Assembly: GCA_039638295.1 (NCBI GenBank)
Contig: JBDIWJ010000012.1
Coordinates: 1-39,050 of the forward strand
Reading direction: 5' to 3'
DNA: 39,050 nt
From: Candidatus Phoenicimicrobium oleiphilum
GTDB taxonomy: Bacteria; Atribacterota; Phoenicimicrobiia; Phoenicimicrobiales; Phoenicimicrobiaceae
This document shows, piece by piece, positions 26,760 to 37,443 of this stretch; the stretch's first letter is position 1, and every line of letters starts with the position of its first letter. A program made the position numbers and the translations under genes. Below the pieces are notes generated by a model that saw only the letters and a program-made list of their open reading frames with translations, was not told the origin of the DNA and did no database searches.

Positions 26760-27260
26760 ATGGAGGAAAAATCTGTCTTAAGAAAAATTGTTTTAACTGG
26801 ATTATTTGCGGCTATGGCGGTTATTTTGTCTGGAATCCATTTTCCAGTTGGTCCCACTAAGTGTTTCCCCTTTCAACATGCAATAAATGCTGTCAGTGGG
26901 GTATTGCTGGGGTCCTGGTATGCTTCTATTGCCGCAACTGTTGCTGGAGTAATTAGAAATATGTTGGGGACTGGAACTATCTTCGCTTTTCCTGGTGGCA
27001 TACCTGGGGCATTGGTAGTGGGGATAGTCCACCGTTTTTGGTCTAAAGATTATGCTGCTTTTGTTGAACCCTTAGGCACTGGTCCAATAGGAGCATCAAT
27101 AAGTGCTTATGTTGTTGCCCCCTGGATTGGGAAGAGTATGCCTTTTCTTACTTTCCAAATAGCATTCTTAGTCAGTTCTATACCTGGTTGTATATTAGGA
27201 TTTTTGGTTTTGCGAATTTTACGTAAAACGGAAGTTTTTAAATTTGCTGAGATAAAATAA
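26760..27260 (+). CDS. thiW: ECF S component ThiW (thiazole precursor uptake)
   Basis: FPFQHAIN...GVLLG.WY, R..LGTGTIFAFPG...GA, EPLGTG.IG. Confidence 0.9.
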   Translation: MEEKSVLRKIVLTGLFAAMAVILSGIHFPVGPTKCFPFQHAINAVSGVLLGSWYASIAATVAGVIRNMLGTGTIFAFPGGIPGALVVGIVHRFWSKDYAAFVEPLGTGPIGASISAYVVAPWIGKSMPFLTFQIAFLVSSIPGCILGFLVLRILRKTEVFKFAEIK

Positions 27261-27277
27261 TAAAAATAAGGAGAAAT

Positions 27278-28552
27278 ATGGTGATGAACGGAATAAAACC
27301 TATTAAAGAAGAAGAGAGAAATCTTGCCGGAATAGATTTTCTACTTTTATGGAGTGGAGCAGCCATTTCTCTGGCTGAGATTTTAGCAGGAGGAATTCTT
27401 GTTCCCCTTGGTTTGATGGTTGGAATTTTAGCAATTTTGTTGGGGCATATAATTGGGAATACCCCCTTTGCATTAGGGGGAATAATAGGCAGTGAACAGG
27501 GCATCCCCTCTATGGTCTCTGTTCGCCCATCTTTTGGCAATAGAGGTTCTTATTTGCCTGCTTTTTTAAACGTGGTTCAACTTATAGGTTGGACCGCAGT
27601 AATGCTTATTATTTGTGCGAAATCTGCGGAAGTAATAAGTCAAAAACTTTTTGGGTATTCTAATTTTCAATTATGGGTAATTATGGCAGGTGCGATTACT
27701 ACTCTGTGGGCTTTCTTTGGCCATAAAACCTGGAAATGGCTGCACAGAATATCAGTATCTGCCTTGCTTTTATTATGTGTGGTAATGACTTATGTGGTTT
27801 TTAAGGAATACGGTTTTGCAGAATTAGCTCGAATCCCTTCAACCTCTGATTTATCTTTTGCTATTGGATTAGATATTGTAATTGCTATGCCCATTTCCTG
27901 GCTACCTTTAGTGGCTGATTATTCCAGATTTGCTAAAAGCACTCCTTCCAGCTTCTGGGGTACCTGGTTGGGATATTTTGTAGTGAGTTCCTGGATGTAT
28001 TTTATAGGTCTTTCTGCTGCCCTGGCAACTGGTAGCGCTGATCCTATTCCTATGCTTTTAAATTTAGGTTTGGGGTTTGCAGCCCTGATAATAGTTCTAT
28101 TTTCTACTTTTACTACTACTTTTTTGGATATTTATTCTACTGCTGTTTCTGCCCTGAATGTTTTTCCCCAGTTAGGAGAGAAAAGAGGAGTTGTTATAGG
28201 GGGTATCTTAGGTACTTTAGTAGCCCTGGTATTCCCCATAGAACAGTATGAAAACTTTTTACTCTTTATTGGAGCGATGTTCTGCCCTCTATTTGGAATT
28301 GTTTTGGCTGATTATTTTATCCTTCGGAAGAGAAGATATTTTGTGGAAGATATCTACAAAAAGGGGAGATATTGGTATTCACAAGGGGTGAATGTAATTG
28401 CGGTTATCTGCTGGATAATTGGGGTGGTATTATATCAACAATGTATAAAATATGGTTTATGGATAGGCTCATCGATACCGAGTATGGTGGTAGCCGGTGT
28501 CTTATATTTGATAATTATGAAAAAAAGCAAAAAGGAGATTATTAATGAGTAA
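27278..28552 (+). CDS. cytX: Putative hydroxymethylpyrimidine transporter (NCS1 family)
   Basis: W.GAAIS.AEI, LGHIIG, LNVVQLIGWTAVM, AMPISWLPLVADYSRF, STFTTTFLD.YS; TPP regulon context. Confidence 0.85.
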   Translation: MVMNGIKPIKEEERNLAGIDFLLLWSGAAISLAEILAGGILVPLGLMVGILAILLGHIIGNTPFALGGIIGSEQGIPSMVSVRPSFGNRGSYLPAFLNVVQLIGWTAVMLIICAKSAEVISQKLFGYSNFQLWVIMAGAITTLWAFFGHKTWKWLHRISVSALLLLCVVMTYVVFKEYGFAELARIPSTSDLSFAIGLDIVIAMPISWLPLVADYSRFAKSTPSSFWGTWLGYFVVSSWMYFIGLSAALATGSADPIPMLLNLGLGFAALIIVLFSTFTTTFLDIYSTAVSALNVFPQLGEKRGVVIGGILGTLVALVFPIEQYENFLLFIGAMFCPLFGIVLADYFILRKRRYFVEDIYKKGRYWYSQGVNVIAVICWIIGVVLYQQCIKYGLWIGSSIPSMVVAGVLYLIIMKKSKKEIINE

Positions 28553-29381
28553 AAAAATAGATTTTAGCAGGATAAATTTAGGGAAAAAAATATTTGAAAC
28601 AATGGAGAGGATACGTCAAGAAAGACCCTTAATTCACAATATAACCAATATGGTAGCTATGAATGATTCGGCTAATATTATCTTAGCTATTGGTGGCCTT
28701 CCTATAATGGCTCATGCCCAGGCAGAAGTAAGGGAAATGGTAAGGGCAGCAGGGGCATTAGTATTAAATATTGGAACCCTAACCTCAGAACAGATTGATT
28801 CAATGGTTGCTGCGGGGGAAGAAGCAAATGGTTTAAAAAAACCAATAGTACTTGACCCGGTAGGGGCAGGGGCAACCTATATGCGTACCGAAAGTGCACT
28901 TCGTTTGCAGGAAAGGGTTAAAATTGATATAGTTAGAGGAAATTATGCGGAAGTTTCTGTTTTGGCAGGTCTTAAAGGTAATATAAAAGGTGTAGAGTCA
29001 GTTGGTAGTGAAAAGAATTCTGTTGAAGTAGCCCGAACCTTAGCTCGTAAGCATAATCAGGTAGTGATAATTACTGGGGAAAAAGATATAGTTACTGATG
29101 GTAAAATTGGGTTAGAAATAAGTAATGGTTCCCCAATGCTGAGAACCATTACTGCTACTGGCTGTATGGTAACCTCTTTGATTGCTACTTTTGCTGCAGT
29201 ATGTGATGATTATGTTTTGGCTTCTGCAGGAGCCTTAGTCTGTTTTGGATTGGCTGGAGAGAGGGCGGCAGTAGGGGCAAAGGGTCCAGGAAGTTTTAAA
29301 ATGAATTTATTTGATGAGGTATATAACTTGAATGAAGAGATAATCTGTAAAGATTTGAAGGTGAAGATTTATGAATTATGA
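28545..29381 (+). CDS. thiM: Hydroxyethylthiazole kinase
   Basis: PLIHNITN.V, ALVLNIGT, LDPVGAGAT, RGN..E, TATGC. Confidence 0.95.
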   Translation: MSKKIDFSRINLGKKIFETMERIRQERPLIHNITNMVAMNDSANIILAIGGLPIMAHAQAEVREMVRAAGALVLNIGTLTSEQIDSMVAAGEEANGLKKPIVLDPVGAGATYMRTESALRLQERVKIDIVRGNYAEVSVLAGLKGNIKGVESVGSEKNSVEVARTLARKHNQVVIITGEKDIVTDGKIGLEISNGSPMLRTITATGCMVTSLIATFAAVCDDYVLASAGALVCFGLAGERAAVGAKGPGSFKMNLFDEVYNLNEEIICKDLKVKIYEL

Positions 29382-30009
29382 CCTTTATATAATTACTGAC
29401 CAGAGAATTTCCCTCGGCAAATCTCATCTGGAAGTTGCAGAAGCTGCTATTGTGGGAGGGGCGACAATTATTCAATTTCGAGATAAAGAAATGAAGGATG
29501 AAGAAGCTATCGAGGTTTGTCGGAAGATTCACAAATTAACCAGGGGAAAAGGAATCCTTTTTATCGTAAATGACCGAGTTGAAGTGGCGAAAGCTGTAGA
29601 TGCAGAGGGAGTTCATTTGGGGCAAGAAGATGTGCCCCTTAATTTTGCCAGAAAAGTTTTGGGTAAAGAAAAAATAATTGGTATTTCGGTAGAAACTGTT
29701 GAGGAAGCTCTGAAAGCAGTAGAGGAAGGTGCAGATTATTTAGGAGTGGGTCCTATATATCCCACTGCTACCAAGCCTGATGCCGGTAGTGCGTTAGGAA
29801 TATCCAGATTAAAAGAGATTAAGGATTCAGTAAATATCCCTATTGTAGCTATAGGTGGAATTAATGAAAATAATTTAGAAGAGGTATTAAAAGCTGGAGC
29901 AGATGGTGTAGCAGTTATTTCTGCGGTGGTGAGTGCTCCTGATATTGCCCAGGCTTGCCGAAAATTAAAAAATAAAATAGAATTTATTAAGAAGAGATTA
30001 GGGAAATAA
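29371..30009 (+). CDS. thiE: Thiamine-phosphate synthase
   Basis: LYIITD, QFRDK, IVNDR, GVHLGQED, GP.YPT.TK, AIGGI. Confidence 0.95.
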   Translation: MNYDLYIITDQRISLGKSHLEVAEAAIVGGATIIQFRDKEMKDEEAIEVCRKIHKLTRGKGILFIVNDRVEVAKAVDAEGVHLGQEDVPLNFARKVLGKEKIIGISVETVEEALKAVEEGADYLGVGPIYPTATKPDAGSALGISRLKEIKDSVNIPIVAIGGINENNLEEVLKAGADGVAVISAVVSAPDIAQACRKLKNKIEFIKKRLGK

Positions 30010-30011
30010 AA

Positions 30012-31031
30012 ATGAAAATTTCTGAGATTGGTGAATTTGGATTAATAAATCGGATAAGTAGAGATACTATTATTAACCCGAAAAATATTTTACTGGGTAT
30101 AGGTGATGATTGTGCTGCGTATTATGCTTCTCCTGATAAAATTACCCTTATAACCTGTGATATGTTAGTGGAAAATATTCATTTTACTCTTTCTACTTGC
30201 TCTCCTCGACAATTAGGCAGAAAATCTCTGGCAGTTAATATTAGTGATATTGCGGCAATGGGAGGAATACCTCGCCATACCTTACTTTCTTTGGGAGCTT
30301 CTTCTGATACCTCTGTTGAATTTATCGATCAGTTGGCTGAGGGAATAAAAGAGGAAGCCAAATTATTTGAAGTTAATGTAATCGGGGGAGATACAGTTCG
30401 TTCACCTTTAGGATTAGTAATCAATATAACTTTAATTGGAGAAGTGGAGCCCGATTTAGTAGTTAAAAGAAGTACGGCAAGGCCAGGTGATTTAATAATA
30501 GTTACTGGAGAATTAGGTGGTTCTGCTGCTGGATTGATTTTGTTGTTGGAGGGGGAAAAATATTCTGCAATTCCTTTAAATATTGCCAAAAAAGTAAAAT
30601 TGGCTCATCTTTCTCCTGTTCCTCGGATAAAAGAGGGGAGAATTATAGCCAGAGAAAAAATAGCAACTTCTATGATTGATATTAGTGATGGACTGGCCAG
30701 TGATTTAACCCGAATATGTGAAGCAAGTGCAGTGGGAGCAAAGGTCTATGCTTCCGAAGTTCCTATTCTTCCAGCAGCAAAAGAAGTAGGAAAATTAATA
30801 AAAAGGGATCCACTTGCTTTTGCCCTTTACGGCGGAGAAGATTATGAATTATTATTTACTGTCTCTCCTAAAAAAGCGGAAAATATTGTTAAATTAATCA
30901 AAAAAGAATTAGACATTAAGTTATCAATAATTGGTGAGGTTAGAGAAAAACAAGAAGGTATCAAAATAGAAAACTTACAGGGAAAAGTGGTTGACCTTCA
31001 ACCTAAAGGCTACAATCACTTTAGGGGGTGA
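30012..31031 (+). CDS. thiL: Thiamine-monophosphate kinase
   Basis: [45 protein letters not shown]. Confidence 0.95.
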   Translation: MKISEIGEFGLINRISRDTIINPKNILLGIGDDCAAYYASPDKITLITCDMLVENIHFTLSTCSPRQLGRKSLAVNISDIAAMGGIPRHTLLSLGASSDTSVEFIDQLAEGIKEEAKLFEVNVIGGDTVRSPLGLVINITLIGEVEPDLVVKRSTARPGDLIIVTGELGGSAAGLILLLEGEKYSAIPLNIAKKVKLAHLSPVPRIKEGRIIAREKIATSMIDISDGLASDLTRICEASAVGAKVYASEVPILPAAKEVGKLIKRDPLAFALYGGEDYELLFTVSPKKAENIVKLIKKELDIKLSIIGEVREKQEGIKIENLQGKVVDLQPKGYNHFRG

Positions 31032-31819
31032 ATAAGATGAAGATTGCTTTAACTATTGCTGGGTCAGATTCAGGTGGAGGAGCAGGTATCCAGGCAGATT
31101 TAAAGACTTTTTCTGCTTTAGGAGTTTATGGGATGAGTGTTTTAACATCGATTACTGCTCAAAATACTTTGGGTGTTCAGGGAATCTATGACCTTCCTGC
31201 TGATTTTGTGGGGTTGCAGATTGATTCGGTAATGCAGGATATAGGGGCTGATGCGGTAAAGATAGGAATGTTATCAAATACTCAAATTATTAAGATAGTA
31301 AGTGAGAAGATCAAGGAATATAAAGTAAAAAGTCTGGTTATTGATCCAGTTATGGTAGCCAAAGGTGGGGATCGCCTGCTCAAAGAAGATGCAGTAGAGG
31401 CGTTAAAGCAAAAATTAATTCCTTTGGCTATGGTAGTTACTCCCAATTTGAGGGAAGCAGAAGTCCTATCAGGTTTAAGGATTAAAAATATTGAAGATAT
31501 GAAAGAAGCGGCTCAAAAGATCTATCACTTGGGACCAGAGAATGTTTTGATAAAAGGAGGGCATCTTTTATCTAAAGAGGCAATAGACCTTCTATTTGAT
31601 GGTAATAACTTTAAAGAATTTAAAGCCAAAAGAATTAATACTAAAAATACTCATGGCACAGGCTGCACCTTTTCTTCTGCAATTGCGGCTGGGCTGGCTC
31701 AAGGAAAAGGGATAGATAAAGCGGTAAATATTGCTAAAAGATATATTACCTTAGCTATTCAAAATTCCTTAGATATAGGTCATGGTTATGGCCCACTCAA
31801 TCACTTAGTCGATTTTTGA
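31028..31819 (+). CDS. thiD: HMP/HMP-phosphate kinase
   Basis: [41 protein letters not shown]. Confidence 0.95.
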   Translation: MNKMKIALTIAGSDSGGGAGIQADLKTFSALGVYGMSVLTSITAQNTLGVQGIYDLPADFVGLQIDSVMQDIGADAVKIGMLSNTQIIKIVSEKIKEYKVKSLVIDPVMVAKGGDRLLKEDAVEALKQKLIPLAMVVTPNLREAEVLSGLRIKNIEDMKEAAQKIYHLGPENVLIKGGHLLSKEAIDLLFDGNNFKEFKAKRINTKNTHGTGCTFSSAIAAGLAQGKGIDKAVNIAKRYITLAIQNSLDIGHGYGPLNHLVDF

Positions 31820-31983
31820 TTAAACTTGCAATCCTAGACTAATATCAATAGCTTTATCTACCTTTTTCATAATTAAATCATCCAGGAGCCCAAGTTTTTT
31901 TACCTTCGTTCTTTTGATATAGTTCTTATTTGACCACCTTGAATAATACTATCTAAATTTAAAACACTTTTATTTTTAGCCAT
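31820..31983 (-). pseudogene. MazF/PemK toxin C-terminal remnant
   Basis: Manual translation LNLDSIIQGGQIRTISKER, frameshift near 31904, VKKLGLLDDLIMKKVDKAIDISLGLQV*; N-terminal half absent. Confidence 0.8.
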
Positions 31984-32123
31984 CCCTTCATAATTTATTT
32001 ATCTGATTTCTTATACTAAAATCTACATTAATAATGAAGTTTAAAAACAAAAATGTTTGTAAATGAAAAAAAATAAAGGTAAAATATTATCAAATATCGA
32101 TATGTAGAAGGAGGAGTTAAAAA

Positions 32124-34112
32124 TTGTTTTATAAAATTGCCAATACAGTAAGAGGATTAGCTATAGATATGATAGAAAATGCTAACTCTGGCCATCCGGG
32201 ATTGCCTCTCGGTTGTGCTGAAATAGGGGCAATTCTCTTTGGAGATGTCTTGAAATATGACCCTTCTACCCCCGATTGGCCCGATAGAGATCGTTTTGTG
32301 CTCTCTGCTGGCCATGGTTCAAGCTGGCTCTATTCTCTATTACATCTTTCGGGATATGACCTTTCTCTGGAGGATTTAAAGAAATTCCGGCAACTTAATA
32401 CCAGAACTCCTGGCCATCCTGAGTATGGAGAAACTCCCGGAGTGGAAGTCACTACTGGACCATTAGGGCAAGGATTTGCCAATGCCGTGGGAATGGCTCT
32501 GGCGGAAAAGATGTTAGCTGCCCGATACAATAAGGGTGATTGTAAAATTGTTGACCACTATACTTATACCCTTTTAGGTGATGGATGTATGATGGAAGGG
32601 ATTGTTTCTGAGGCAGCATCTTTGGCCGGTCACCTTGGTTTGGGAAAATTAATTGCTATCTATGATGATAATGGGGTCTGTCTTGCCGGAGAGACCAGAG
32701 CTACTTTTACCGAATCAGTAGCCTACAGATTTAGGGCTTATAACTGGAAAGTAATCGACCATATTAATGGTCATAGTGTGGAAGAAATTAAGGCGGCAAT
32801 TATTAAAGCTAAAGAAACCGAAGACAAACCCACCTTGATTATAGCTAAAACTCATATTGGCTATGGTGCTCCTACCAAACAGGATTCCAGTAGTTGTCAT
32901 GGTGCCCCCTTAGGGGAGGAAGAAGTAAAAGGTTTAAAAAAAAATTTAGGACTACCCCTGGAAGAGAAATTTTATATCCCTACTGAAGTCAAGGATTTTT
33001 TTGCCAACAGAAAAAAACAACTGATTAAAAAAAGAGAAGAATGGGAAGATACATTGACCAGGTGGGGTAGAAAGTACCCTGAACTTAAAGAAGAGTGGAA
33101 TAAGGCCTTAAATTTGGCCATTCCTCAGGATTTAGAACTGGAGAGTTTAGAGATAAAATCTCCCCTAGCTACCCGGGTAGCCTCATCGATAGTTTTGAAT
33201 AAGATTGCTGACAAAATCCCCTACCTTATTGGGGGTTCAGCAGATTTAGCCCCTTCTACCAAGGCCTATCTGGATAAATATCAAGAGGTGCAAAAAGGCA
33301 GTTTTGAGGGTAGAAATATCCGCTTTGGAGTTAGAGAACATGCTATGGGGGCAATTACCAATGGTATTGCCGCCCACCAGGGGTTCAGACCCTATTGTTC
33401 TACCTTCTTTGTATTTTCTGATTATATGCGACCAGCCATCAGGATGGCAGCTTTAATGAAGCTTCCGGTAATCTATATCTTCACCCATGATTCTATCTTT
33501 GTAGGAGAAGATGGACCGACACATCAGCCAGTTGAGCAACTTGAGTCTTTAAGGACTATACCGAATCTAAAAGTAATAAGGCCCGCTGATGAAGAAGAGA
33601 CAATACTTGCCTGGAAAGAAATTGTAAAGAAGACCGATGGTCCTGTTGCTCTGGTTTTATCCCGACAGAATCTACCTCACCTAGAAAAACATCGGGGGAC
33701 AAAAGAATTCTCTCGAGGTGGTTACATAATATCCCACCAGGAAAAAGAAGTCCCCCAAGTAGTTTTACTAGCCAGTGGTAGTGAGGTATCAATTGCCACA
33801 AATATAAATCTCATCTTAAAAGTAAATGGTATTACTGGTCGAGTTGTGTCTATTCCCGATAGAGAAGAATTTTTAAGGCAGGAGAAGGAATATATAGATG
33901 AAGTGCTGGGACCTAAAGATGCCCTTCGGGTAGTGATTGAAGCTAATACTGGTCAGGGTTGGTACCAGCTTTTAGGAGATTCGTATTACACTGTATTTAT
34001 GAAATCCTTTGGTAAGAGTGCGCCAGCTCAGCAATTGGCAGAATATTTTGACTTTACTCCTGAGAAGATTGCCCAAAATATCATTCAACAATGTAAGAGG
34101 AAGGTCCTTTGA
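32124..34112 (+). CDS. tkt: Transketolase
   Basis: SGHPG, DRFVLSAGH, TPGHPE, TTGPLGQG, GDGCMMEG, FGVREHAM, THDSI.VGEDGPTHQP. Confidence 0.97.
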   Translation: MFYKIANTVRGLAIDMIENANSGHPGLPLGCAEIGAILFGDVLKYDPSTPDWPDRDRFVLSAGHGSSWLYSLLHLSGYDLSLEDLKKFRQLNTRTPGHPEYGETPGVEVTTGPLGQGFANAVGMALAEKMLAARYNKGDCKIVDHYTYTLLGDGCMMEGIVSEAASLAGHLGLGKLIAIYDDNGVCLAGETRATFTESVAYRFRAYNWKVIDHINGHSVEEIKAAIIKAKETEDKPTLIIAKTHIGYGAPTKQDSSSCHGAPLGEEEVKGLKKNLGLPLEEKFYIPTEVKDFFANRKKQLIKKREEWEDTLTRWGRKYPELKEEWNKALNLAIPQDLELESLEIKSPLATRVASSIVLNKIADKIPYLIGGSADLAPSTKAYLDKYQEVQKGSFEGRNIRFGVREHAMGAITNGIAAHQGFRPYCSTFFVFSDYMRPAIRMAALMKLPVIYIFTHDSIFVGEDGPTHQPVEQLESLRTIPNLKVIRPADEEETILAWKEIVKKTDGPVALVLSRQNLPHLEKHRGTKEFSRGGYIISHQEKEVPQVVLLASGSEVSIATNINLILKVNGITGRVVSIPDREEFLRQEKEYIDEVLGPKDALRVVIEANTGQGWYQLLGDSYYTVFMKSFGKSAPAQQLAEYFDFTPEKIAQNIIQQCKRKVL

Positions 34113-35029
34113 CCAGTTCTGTTCTTATGACTACAGGAATAATTTTTAATATTCAAAGATATTCAATTCATGATGGACCAGGAATTCGAACCACTGTCTT
34201 TTTGAAAGGATGTCCACTTAATTGTTGGTGGTGCCAGAATCCTGAAAGCCAGTTGAGTGGGCAGGAAATGGTATTCTGGGAAGATAGGTGCATTGGCTGT
34301 GGAGCGTGTGCTTTGAATTGCCCTTCTAAAGCTATTCAAATAAAAGTTGGGAAGCCTGTTACCAATAAAAATAGATGTGACCTATGCGGAGAATGTTCTC
34401 GACTTTGTCCCGCTCAAGCGCGGGAAATAATAGGAAGTAAAATAACTGTAGATGAGGTTATAAAAGAAATAGAAAAAGATTTAATATTTTATGAAGAATC
34501 TGGCGGGGGAGTAACTTTCTCGGGTGGAGAACCATTGAGCCAATCAGGATTTTTAGAGATTCTCCTTGAGGGTTGTAAAGAAAAGAAAATACATACTGCA
34601 GTTGATACTTCCGGATATATTCCCTGGAAAATTTTAGAAAGAATAAGCTCTAAAGTAGATTTATTTTTATATGACCTTAAAATAATGGATGATAAAAGAC
34701 ATAAAAGATATACTGGAGCATCCAATGAGCTTATTTTGGAAAATTTGAGGAGACTTTCGCTGATTCACAGTAATATCTTTGTTCGTTTTCCGGTTATACC
34801 GGGAATAAATGATAATGATCAAAACATCAAGGGAATGGGAGAATTTTTATCATCCCTGAAGATAACTCAAATCGATCTTCTCCCTTATCATTATATAGGT
34901 ATAGATAAATATAGAAGATTGGAAAGAACATATAAGTTAGTAGACATCCGGCCTCCTTCAGAAGTGAGATTATCAGAGATATCCATGATTTTAAAGAAGT
35001 TTAATTTGAAGGTGAAATTAAGAGGTTAA
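34109..35029 (+). CDS. Glycyl-radical enzyme activating protein (HypD activase)
   Basis: IHDGPGIRTTVFLKGCPL.C.WC.NPE, two ferredoxin-like Cys clusters, GGVTFSGGEP; 5 bp before the GRE gene. Confidence 0.93.
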   Translation: MTSSVLMTTGIIFNIQRYSIHDGPGIRTTVFLKGCPLNCWWCQNPESQLSGQEMVFWEDRCIGCGACALNCPSKAIQIKVGKPVTNKNRCDLCGECSRLCPAQAREIIGSKITVDEVIKEIEKDLIFYEESGGGVTFSGGEPLSQSGFLEILLEGCKEKKIHTAVDTSGYIPWKILERISSKVDLFLYDLKIMDDKRHKRYTGASNELILENLRRLSLIHSNIFVRFPVIPGINDNDQNIKGMGEFLSSLKITQIDLLPYHYIGIDKYRRLERTYKLVDIRPPSEVRLSEISMILKKFNLKVKLRG

Positions 35030-35034
35030 TTTGT

Positions 35035-37395
35035 ATGAATAAGAGAATAGCAAAATTAAGAGAGGAAAGTTTAGATACAAAACCTTATATCTCTATTGAG
35101 CGAGCCAGTTTAGTGACTGAAGCCTATAAAAAATACGAGGGGACAGTTTCATTCCCTGTCCTTCGAGCATTAACCTTTCAACATCTAATGGAAAATAAAG
35201 AAATTTTTATTGATAAGGAGGAACTGATAGTAGGAGAAAGAGGCGGAAGGCCTCTGGCAACTCCAACTTTTCCCGAACTATGCTGTCACAGCCTGGAAGA
35301 TCTTGAATTGATTAATAACCGAGAGAAAATATCTTTTGTGGTAAGTCCAGAAGTAAGGGCAATTCAAAAAAAGGAAATTATCCCTTATTGGATGGATAGG
35401 TCGATGCGTACTCGAATCTTCAAAGAGATGTCTCCAGAATGGAAAGACTGTTATAAAGCCGGTATCTTTACCGAATTTATGGAGCAGAGAGCCCCTGGAC
35501 ATACCGTAGCAGACGATAAGATCTATCATAAAGGCTTTTCTGATTTTATTCAGGATATAGAGGTAAGTTTGCAAAACCTTGATTATTTAAATGATCCTGA
35601 AGCTTATGATAAACAGGAAGAGTTAAAGGCAATGCTTATCTGTGCTAAAGCAATAATCAGGTTGGCTGAGCGTTATGCTAAAGAGGCTTTAGAGATGGCT
35701 GAAGCCGAGAAGAATCCTCAAAGAAAAAAAGAGTTACTAAAAATTGCCGAAGTTTGTTCATATGTTCCCGCTCACCCTCCTCGAGATTTTTGGGAGGCTC
35801 TCCAGATGTACTGGTTTGTTCATATTGGCGTTATTACCGAACTTAACACCTGGGATTCGTTTAATCCAGGAAGATTGGATCAACATTTATATCCCTTTTA
35901 TAAAAAAGGGTTAGAGGAGGGGACACTAACCCAAGAGAGAGCAAAAGAACTTTTGGAGTGTTTCTGGATAAAGTTTAATAATCAACCAGCACCACCCAAA
36001 GTAGGAGTGACTTTAGCGGAGAGTGGGACATATACCGATTTTGCCAATATTAATAATGGAGGATTAAAGGTAGATGGTTCTGATGGAGTAAATGATTTAA
36101 CCTATCTAATACTTGAGGTAATCGATGAAATGAGATTGTTACAACCCAGTACCAATATTCAATTGAGTAAAAAGAGTCCTGATAGGTTCTTAAGACGGGC
36201 TTGTGAAATCATTAGAAAAGGCTGGGGCCAACCCTCAGTATTTAATGCCGATGAGGTTATAAAGGAGATGTTAAGACAAGGTAAATCTATAGAAGATGCT
36301 CGCTGTGGTGGTACCAGTGGCTGTGTGGAAACAGGTGCATTTGGTAAGGAAGCTTATATTTTAACTGGTTATTTTAATTTAGTTAAAGTTTTAGAAATTA
36401 CTTTAAATAATGGTGTTGACCCTCAGACCGGTAAGAAAATTGGGGCGGAAACTGGTGAACCAACTCGATTTAATTCTTTTGAAGAATTATTCCAGGCTTT
36501 TAAAAACCAGCTTCACCATTTTATCGAAATAAAGATTAGAGGAAATAATATAATTGAAAGATTATATGCTACCTATATGCCTGCACCGTTTCTTTCCATA
36601 ATAATCAGCGATTGTATCGAAAAGGGGAAAGATTATAATGCTGGAGGTGCTCGTTATAATACTGATTATATTCAGGGGGTAGGGATCGGAACTATTACCG
36701 ATAGTTTATCGGCAATTAAATACCACATCTTTGACCATAAAAACATAAATATGAAAAAATTAATAGAAGTTTTAAAAAATAATTTCAATGGACACGAGGA
36801 GATGCGTCAGCTGTTTTTGAGTAAGACTCCTAAATACGGAAATGATGATGATTATGCTGATAATATTATGAAGTTAGTATTCAATGCTTTTTACCAGGAA
36901 GTAGATGGGAGAAAAAATACTAAAGGCGGGGTTTATAGGATTAATATGCTTCCTACAACTTGCCATATATATTTTGGTTCGGTAGTAGGAGCTACTCCTG
37001 ATGGAAGAAGAGCAGGAGAACCACTTTCGGAAGGAATCTCCCCGGTACAGGGGGCAGATCGTTTGGGACCTACAGCAGTGATTAAATCTGCAGCAAAGAT
37101 GGATCATATAAAAACAGGAGGGACTCTCTTAAATCAGAAATTTACTCCCAAATTACTGGAAGATGAAGAAGGTATTATTGCTTTAATGCATCTGATCAGG
37201 ACTTATTTTCGGCTGAATGGCCACCATATACAATTTAATGTAATAAGTGCCGATACTTTAAGGGCTGCCCAGAAGGAACCAGAAAAATACCGGAATCTTA
37301 TTGTGCGAGTCGCGGGTTATAGTGACTATTTTAATAACTTAGGCAAAACCTTGCAGGATGAAATAATTAGCCGAACCGAACACAAGAACTATTGA
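35035..37395 (+). CDS. hypD: Glycyl radical enzyme, trans-4-hydroxy-L-proline dehydratase
   Basis: FTEFMEQRAPGHT, WD.F.PGRLDQ, KFNNQPAPPKVG..ES.TYTDFAN, GTSGCVE, MLPTTCHIYFG, VRVAGYS; all match HypD as I recall it. Confidence 0.9.
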   Translation: MNKRIAKLREESLDTKPYISIERASLVTEAYKKYEGTVSFPVLRALTFQHLMENKEIFIDKEELIVGERGGRPLATPTFPELCCHSLEDLELINNREKISFVVSPEVRAIQKKEIIPYWMDRSMRTRIFKEMSPEWKDCYKAGIFTEFMEQRAPGHTVADDKIYHKGFSDFIQDIEVSLQNLDYLNDPEAYDKQEELKAMLICAKAIIRLAERYAKEALEMAEAEKNPQRKKELLKIAEVCSYVPAHPPRDFWEALQMYWFVHIGVITELNTWDSFNPGRLDQHLYPFYKKGLEEGTLTQERAKELLECFWIKFNNQPAPPKVGVTLAESGTYTDFANINNGGLKVDGSDGVNDLTYLILEVIDEMRLLQPSTNIQLSKKSPDRFLRRACEIIRKGWGQPSVFNADEVIKEMLRQGKSIEDARCGGTSGCVETGAFGKEAYILTGYFNLVKVLEITLNNGVDPQTGKKIGAETGEPTRFNSFEELFQAFKNQLHHFIEIKIRGNNIIERLYATYMPAPFLSIIISDCIEKGKDYNAGGARYNTDYIQGVGIGTITDSLSAIKYHIFDHKNINMKKLIEVLKNNFNGHEEMRQLFLSKTPKYGNDDDYADNIMKLVFNAFYQEVDGRKNTKGGVYRINMLPTTCHIYFGSVVGATPDGRRAGEPLSEGISPVQGADRLGPTAVIKSAAKMDHIKTGGTLLNQKFTPKLLEDEEGIIALMHLIRTYFRLNGHHIQFNVISADTLRAAQKEPEKYRNLIVRVAGYSDYFNNLGKTLQDEIISRTEHKNY

Positions 37396-37443
37396 GTATT
37401 ATTAAAACTTGTATAGTATTTCCTGAACAACACACAAAAAAAT

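Noticed and set aside
1439..37107. Short ORFs antisense to or overlapping real genes (e.g. 1439-1723, 8430-8621, 14026-14490, 17681-17947, 22172-22486, 27238-27540, 35278-35574, 36874-37107)
   Set aside because: Shadow frames of well-supported genes, with no RBS or motifs.
35035..37395. Pyruvate formate-lyase or choline TMA-lyase
   Set aside because: Single catalytic Cys in GCVE (no CC pair) and HypD-specific motifs throughout; no microcompartment genes.
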